Part shown: piece after piece, positions 10,983-16,206 of the stretch
How positions within the stretch are numbered: the stretch's first letter is position 1
Layout: each line of letters starts with the position of its first letter
NCBI RefSeq assembly: GCF_006345805.1
Contig: NW_021825253.1
Coordinates: 1-16,206 of the forward strand
Direction of reading: 5' to 3'
DNA length: 16,206 nt
From: Octopus sinensis
Taxonomy: Eukaryota
The notes under the pieces: generated by a model
Databases searched by the model: none
Told to the model about the DNA's origin: nothing
The model's input: only the letters and a program-made list of their open reading frames with translations
Position numbers and translations under genes: made by a program

Positions 10983-11871
10983 CAGAGTGTTTGTTTCAAA
11001 AATTTGATATCATTTCGTAATCTAATAACTTTGTCAGCTCTTGTTCAAACGACTTCAAATTTTAACAGCATGTGTAGAAACAAGTCAAAATTTTATGTTT
11101 AATATTTGATATGTTTATCTTTTCAGGTATGGAAATAGCATTCACTGGATGAGAAAAGGCGCTTTGTGTGTTGGAGTATGCTGGAACTCAGTCGAGCAAG
11201 ACTGAGTAGCGTGCATGAGAGAGTTGTCTAAAAAGTCACCAACGGCAATGCAGATGTGGGCATGGCACAAAATATTCAAAGAGGAAGGCTGTCTGTGCAG
11301 GGTGAAAGGATCTGGACGACTACTAACATGGGAAGAGACGGTCGAGCGGGTTTCCCAAAAACTCATGCGCAGCCCCAAGAAGTCCATAAGAACAAGTCTG
11401 GAAACCCAGATTCCTCCAACGACAGTTTGGCGCGTCCTAAGTAAACGCTTGCTAAGGAAACCCTACAAGCTTCATCTCGTTCAGTCCATAACGGCAGATG
11501 ACCAACAAAAGCGCAAACATGAGGCTATGTGAAGGGCATGGTCTATGTCCCCCCTCTTCCTGAAAACCTAGAGGAACTCGAGCAGAGAATCACTACCGCA
11601 CTGGAGACTGTCACCCAACACAAGACATGCTGCAGCGTGCTTGGAAAGAAATGGACTACCGTCTTGACGTGTACCGTGTCTCACGCGGTGCGCATATTGA
11701 ACATTTGCGAAATCATTCATGGAATCCACATACCATTGAATTTCTCATTCAAACTGGGGGGAATAATTCTTATGCTGGTCTTCATTAAGCCTGTTTAGTT
11801 TCATTTGCTTTGACTATGTAGTTTCTGTGATATTTACACCTCAAATGATATCAAATTTTTTGAAACATCTG
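10983..11871 (+). mobile_element. Internally deleted Tc1/mariner-superfamily transposon (rosa/DD41D-like by N- and C-terminal motifs)
   Basis: TIRs cag..tgtttcaaaaatttgatatcattt (10983-11015) and aaatgatatcaaattttttgaaacatctg (11843-11871), followed by TA. HTH-region peptide WHKIFKEEGCLCRVKGSGR..EETVERV..RSPKKSIR..TTVWRVLSKRLLRKPYKLHLVQ is joined directly to (W)GYVKGMVYVPPLPENLEELEQRITTALETVT..DMLQRAWKEMDYRLDVYRVSRGAHIEHL. Confidence 0.9.
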
Positions 11872-11887
11872 TATATATATATATATG

Positions 11888-11948
11888 TCGGTGCCCCAGC
11901 ATGGCCACAGCTCATTAGCTGAAACTGGAAAAATCAAAAATCAAAATC
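11888..11948 (+). mobile_element. Extremely 5'-truncated retroposon 3' end (stem-loop plus (AAAATC)n tail)
   Basis: First 27 nt identical to 1016-1042; inserted between TA repeats. Confidence 0.75.
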
Positions 11949-11957
11949 ATATATATA

Positions 11958-12012
<55 letters not shown>

Positions 12013-12095
12013 TTGCCTGTACGACTGGTATTCGCAGCCACTAATGATGGTATTTTTATAGTACTATCACCCTCATATTTACTTATATATATATA

Positions 12096-12296
12096 CATAA
12101 TTAAGGGATTAGCAAAAAGTTGCTTCATCACATATATCTCGTTAGTTTCGTTATCTTTATCTTCTTTTTGCCTATGTGAGTTGCGAGTATTACTGTCTGT
12201 GGAGATATATTGTAGTAAAAGAGTTTGTAGTTTTGACTGCTATTTCTAAATTTTCGGTATGTGGTGAAGCAACTTTTGGCTAATCCATTAATTATG
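12096..12296. repeat. 39-bp inverted repeat pair (probable Penelope-like or fold-back element remnant)
   Basis: 12096-12134 versus the reverse complement of 12258-12296: 36/39 identical. Confidence 0.8.
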
Positions 12297-12629
12297 TTTA
12301 TAATTATAAAAAATTACTTTTTGTATAAGTTTTTACCGATAATGGTTTTTTTCCATACCGAAGCTACTTGGTAAAATTTATTTATTATTAAGTCAATAAT
12401 TCTTTACCCTATAATATATATATATATATATATAATACTGATATTACACAAAAATTTCATAGAAATCATAGTGAAACATTAATGAATACAAGTGAAAAGC
12501 ACATCAGTTTGAGGATCAATATGAATTACTTGGCGCTATTGAATTTTTTCATAATTTTATCACATAACAGAGAAGTCTGGTATAGATTTTTATGTAGATT
12601 TAATGAGAGAATGATAAAGAGAACAATTA

Positions 12630-12885
12630 TAGAAAGGATGAGAGAAGGAAGTTAAGCAAGAAAGAAAAATAGAATGAAAGGGAGAATGAAAAATGAAAAC
12701 AGAAAGATGTGAAGGAAAGAAAGACAAAAAAAAACAAATAAGGAAAGGAAGGAATGAAGAAAAAAGGAATGAATGAATGAATAAATAAATAAATGACAGA
12801 AGGAAGAACAGAAGGAAGAAAGAAGGAAGACGGAAGGAAGGAAGGAAGGAAGGAAGGAAGGAAGGAAGGAAGGAAGGCGGGAAAA
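12630..12885. repeat. Purine-rich tract with (GAAT), (AAAT) and (GGAA)n microsatellites
   Basis: Direct reading. Confidence 0.92.
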
Positions 12886-12965
12886 GTGAAGCAGATATCG
12901 CACATGATATACTTAACGGCTAAACTACTTGGAATAACCAATGAGGTATTCCTTCTTCATACGAC

Positions 12966-13295
12966 CCGGCATATTCGAGCGTAAATTCACTGATCGCTGT
13001 TGCATTTCGTCTTCGGAAGATGTCTGTTCACAACAAAAGCGATTCGTTGGCGTAAAGAAATTTTGAAACGCCGTGGTGTTTCGACCTGGTTGTGCCACAT
13101 CAGAGAAAGCTACTACCGGTCAATGAACCTAAAGAAGAGTATCTTCCGGCAGATTCGAAGGTGAATATACCAATCGCTGTTTTTATGTCGTCTTCGAAGA
13201 ACAGCTTCTTCTTCCAGACGGAAAGAAGAAATTGTTTCCCCACCACGAAACACACCAGCGATGAACAGATTCAGGTTCGGATCTGCCGGAACATA
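12966..13295. repeat. Unclassified repeat made of ~55-bp units in direct and inverted orientation
   Basis: Unit ccggcagattcgaa..tgaat..atcgctg..tttcgtcttcg occurs at 12966-13020 and 13146-13200, and inverted at about 13236-13289. Confidence 0.7.
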
Positions 13296-13324
13296 TTAAC
13301 AATAAATATTTAAGTCATTGTTTT

Positions 13325-13635
13325 GATTACTCTGTTTTTTTACTCTTTTACTTGTTTCAGTCATTTGACTGCGGCCATGCTGGAATACCGCCTTTAGTCG
13401 AATAAATCGACCCCAGGACTTATTCTTTGTAAGCCTTGTACTTATTCTATCGGTCTCTTTTGCCGAACCGCTAAGTTACGAGGACGTAAACACACCAGCA
13501 TCGGTTGTCAAGCGATGCTGGGGGGACAAACACAGACACACAAACATATACACACACACACATATATATACATATACGACGGTCTTCTTTTCAGTTTCCG
13601 TCTACCAAATCCACTCACAAGGCTTTGGTCGGCCC
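13325..13635 (-). mobile_element. SINE family A, 5'-truncated
   Basis: Highly similar to 1100-1393; lacks the tRNA head. Possible 9-bp TSD aatatttaa at 13305-13313 and 13637-13645. Confidence 0.9.
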
Positions 13636-13958
13636 TAATATTTAAAACAACCACGTCGATGGAGTTTATTTCCGGCGACAGAGAGAATGCCGGTAAAATT
13701 TCGAACAAATTTATCAAAAATATTTAAACATAATAAATAATATTAGGGTAATAAGAATTATAGAAATTATTACTACCAGTGGCCTAGCACGCAAAAAAAA
13801 TAGTCAATAGACTATATATTATTCACATAAAAATATCGTGTACATTAGAACACATTTGAATTTATCCATAATTAGTGGTTTGAGTTTTCTACTGCTCTTT
13901 CTAGCACAAGGCTTTCCTAGTTGGAAACCTCTTAATGTGTTCTAATGCACACGATATT

Positions 13959-13989
<31 letters not shown>

Positions 13990-14091
13990 TATATATACAT
14001 ATATACATACATACATTGAAGCTTCACTATAGCGCCGTAATATATCGACTGCTATTCCAGTAAATATTTGTGCATTGTTGTACCAGTATCC

Positions 14092-14126
<35 letters not shown>

Positions 14127-14736
14127 TATATATATATGACATGTAATAAATGAACTCTTACATCTTTTTTAAATACTAAATGTCTTTTAAAATTTTGAAT
14201 ATCCTATGATGAAAAGGAAATTAACAAATGAATGGAAAGAAAAGTAAACGACGAATTGAGACGGAAGAAGTGGTTGTCGGAGATGGTAAATTATAGCTGC
14301 AACAAAGTGAAAGATTCATAATTACAGTGAACTGTACTGAGGTGTTTTGCACTGGTTATTGTTTTGCACTGGTTAATTTGATGAAAATAAAATTACGATA
14401 CTTTGTTGAAAATTTTGGAGACAAATTTTCACATAATTTCATCGTTTATATTCAAAAAGTAAAGAAGAAAATAATTGAAAATAAAACACTACGTGTTGAT
14501 TTTAAATTGTGGAGTTAAATATACGAGCGAGTGCAAGACCTCGTACAAGCGCCAAACAAGCAGTATAGATTTTGTTATGCTCACCGAATCTTACAAATTA
14601 CAATCATTCAATCAATCAACCACCATGATCGTTTTACTAAAAGTACATTTAAAATGAAGAAAATTGTTCCAAATATAATTCAATTGATCTGTGTGTATAT
14701 GAGTGTGAGTGTCTATGTATGTGCGTATCTATGAGA

Positions 14737-15040
14737 GGGCACGTGCGTGGCTTAGTGGTTAGGGGCATTCGGCTCATGATCGTAAGGTCGTAAGTTCAAT
14801 TCCCAGCGACGCGTTGTGTCCTTGAGCAAGACACTTTATTTCACGTTACTCCTGTCCACTCAGCTAACAAAAATAAGTAGTAACTGTATTTCAAAGGGCC
14901 AGCCTTGTCACACTCTGTGTCACTCTGAATCTGCCAGAGAACTACGTTAAGAGTACACGTGTCTGTGGAGTGCTCAGCCACTTGCACGTTAATTTCACGA
15001 GCAGGCTGTTCCATTGATCGGATCAACTGGAACCGACGGA
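14737..15040 (+). mobile_element. tRNA-derived SINE family C
   Basis: A box TGGCTTAGTGG (14748-14758), B box AAGTTCAATTCCC (14792-14804), TGTGTCCTTGAGCAAGACACTT motif; homologous to 3396-3690. Confidence 0.88.
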
Positions 15041-15048
15041 GTGCTCCT

Positions 15049-15098
15049 ATGTATGTATGTATGTATGTATGTATGTATGTATGTATGTATGTATGTGT
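15049..15098. repeat. (TATG)n microsatellite
   Basis: Direct reading. Confidence 0.97.
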
Positions 15099-15339
15099 AT
15101 GAAGTCACTTGGAATGGATCCAGAGGATATAGAAACCCTTGCTTCGGATCGAGCTGGATGGTGAACAAAAGTGGAGTGAAAGCGTTTGAAGAGGCCAGGG
15201 TAACGCATGCAAGACTCAAGAGAGATTTAAGGAATAATGTTACGATCGAGAAGGGGAATCACTATGACCTTTTTGTGTGCACAGTTTGTGACAGACAATG
15301 CCTTCCTTTGCTGGGCTCAAATCTCATCTGTGAACCCAT
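15099..15339 (+). mobile_element. RTE-clade LINE ORF C-terminal fragment (pseudogenised)
   Basis: Across frameshifts it reads MKSLGMDPEDIETLASDRAGW* / KSGVKAFEEARVTHARLKRDLR..FVCTVCDRQC / AGLKSHL*TH. This is the ExLAxDRxxWR motif and terminal C2H2-like finger typical of RTE ORF ends. Confidence 0.72.
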
Positions 15340-15411
15340 GTAAGCCTAGTACTTATTCTATCAGTCTCTTTTGCCGAACCGCATAGGTACGGGGACGTAA
15401 ACACACCAACA
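15339..15411 (-). mobile_element. SINE family A, internal 3' segment (continues at 15887)
   Basis: tgtaagcctagtacttattctatc..ttttgccgaaccgc..acggggacgtaaacacacca matches about 1194-1263. Confidence 0.85.
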
Positions 15412-15465
15412 CATGCATATAATATCTATATATATATATATAATATATATAATATTATATATATA

Positions 15466-15868
15466 GAAGCGATAAGAAGCCGAAAGGATATGCTCCCACT
15501 TTCAGTGTTTTCAAATCCAAACCAAGGAGTTCTGAGCTGACGAAAGAATGTCGATTTGACTATCTAGAAACGTACGTTCTCAAATAACCTTTGCATTTGA
15601 TTTTTAATGTCTTTAACCCCCATACTTTCGTGAGTTGAATTGAGCAAACACTATATGAGAGAGATTTTCTTTAATATTAGAAATAGTTTTAAAAAGTTTT
15701 TTTTTTAGCTACTATTCTAATGAGTTCAGTATGTGGCAAAGTAATTTATTTTACTAAGCCTTTTATATAATGTAATAATTTGAATTCGCCTTAAATGGTC
15801 CCTTTGCATACTGAATACTTGGTGAAATTGATTATAATTAATTAATTTTACCCTCAATTGTTGAAATT
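15466..15868 (+). mobile_element. AT-rich insertion within the SINE's (TA)n tract, probable Penelope-like terminal fragment
   Basis: Bounded by (TA)n on both sides, splits SINE A in two, and carries a hammerhead motif. Confidence 0.5.
15533..15582 (+). ncRNA. Minimal type-I hammerhead ribozyme motif
   Basis: tgag-CTGACGA-a-agaatgtc(gattt)gactatct-a-GAAA-cgtacg-TT-ctca: intact core, palindromic stem III ACGTACGT, stem I tgag/ctca, stem II 6 of 8 paired. Confidence 0.68.
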
Positions 15869-15886
15869 ATATATATATATAATATA

Positions 15887-16047
15887 ATACGACGGACTTC
15901 TTTCAGTTTCTGTCTACCAAATCCACTTACAAGGCTTCGGTCGGAGGCAATAGTTGAAGATACTTGCCCAAGGTGTCACGCAGTGGGACTGAACTCTGAA
16001 GTATGTGGTTGGGAAGCAAGTTCTTACCACACAGCCACGCCTGCGCC
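15887..16047 (-). mobile_element. SINE family A, 5' half with complete tRNA-like head
   Basis: Minus strand GGCGCAGGCGTGGCTGTGTGGTAAG..GAGTTCAGTCCC..ACCTTGGGCAAG; aligns with 1335-1490. Confidence 0.88.
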
Positions 16048-16088
16048 ATACATACATACCATACATATATACATATATATATAATATA

Positions 16089-16142
<54 letters not shown>

Positions 16143-16206
16143 ATAATAAATAATATTAGGGAATAAATCCAAATTTACAGGGAAAACATCAGATTTAGGA
16201 TTAAAT

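Noticed and set aside
13060-13110. Minus-strand CTGATGT..GAAAC hammerhead-like pattern
   Set aside because: A9 is substituted and stem I does not pair; better explained as part of the 55-bp repeat family.
13633-13748. 10-bp inverted repeat ccctaatatt/aatattaggg suggesting a MITE
   Set aside because: AT-rich and short, and the left arm overlaps the SINE end and its putative TSD.
14343-14375. Tandem duplication tgttttgcactggtta x2
   Set aside because: Only two adjacent copies; ordinary slippage duplication, not a CRISPR or array.
14737-14810. Possible tRNA gene (A and B boxes, CAT anticodon-like loop)
   Set aside because: Acceptor stem is not formed, it continues into a repeated SINE body, and the paralogue at 3396 has a different loop.

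Overview
AT-rich, microsatellite-saturated eukaryotic non-coding DNA. No intact protein-coding gene is visible, and most ORFs in the supplied track are translations of simple repeats. The repeat repertoire looks like an octopus/coleoid cephalopod genome (inference from recall, not a database search). Contents: (1) three tRNA-derived SINE families, called A, B and C here, in multiple copies. (2) Two internally deleted Tc1/mariner DNA transposons: a maT/DD37D-like one at 1514-2870, interrupted by a dimeric SINE with a target-site duplication, and a second with its catalytic core deleted at 10983-11871. (3) Two 5'-truncated R4/Dong-like RLE non-LTR retrotransposon copies inside a (TAA)n array. 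(4) An RTE-clade LINE C-terminal fragment. (5) Penelope-like terminal remnants carrying type-I hammerhead ribozyme motifs, one with a complete catalytic core (15533-15582, +) and one with a single core substitution (10226-10344, -). The most interesting signals are the hammerheads, a SINE/LINE 3' stem-loop with compensatory covariation across five copies, and an unclassified ~55-bp repeat unit that builds a ~155-nt rod-like hairpin.
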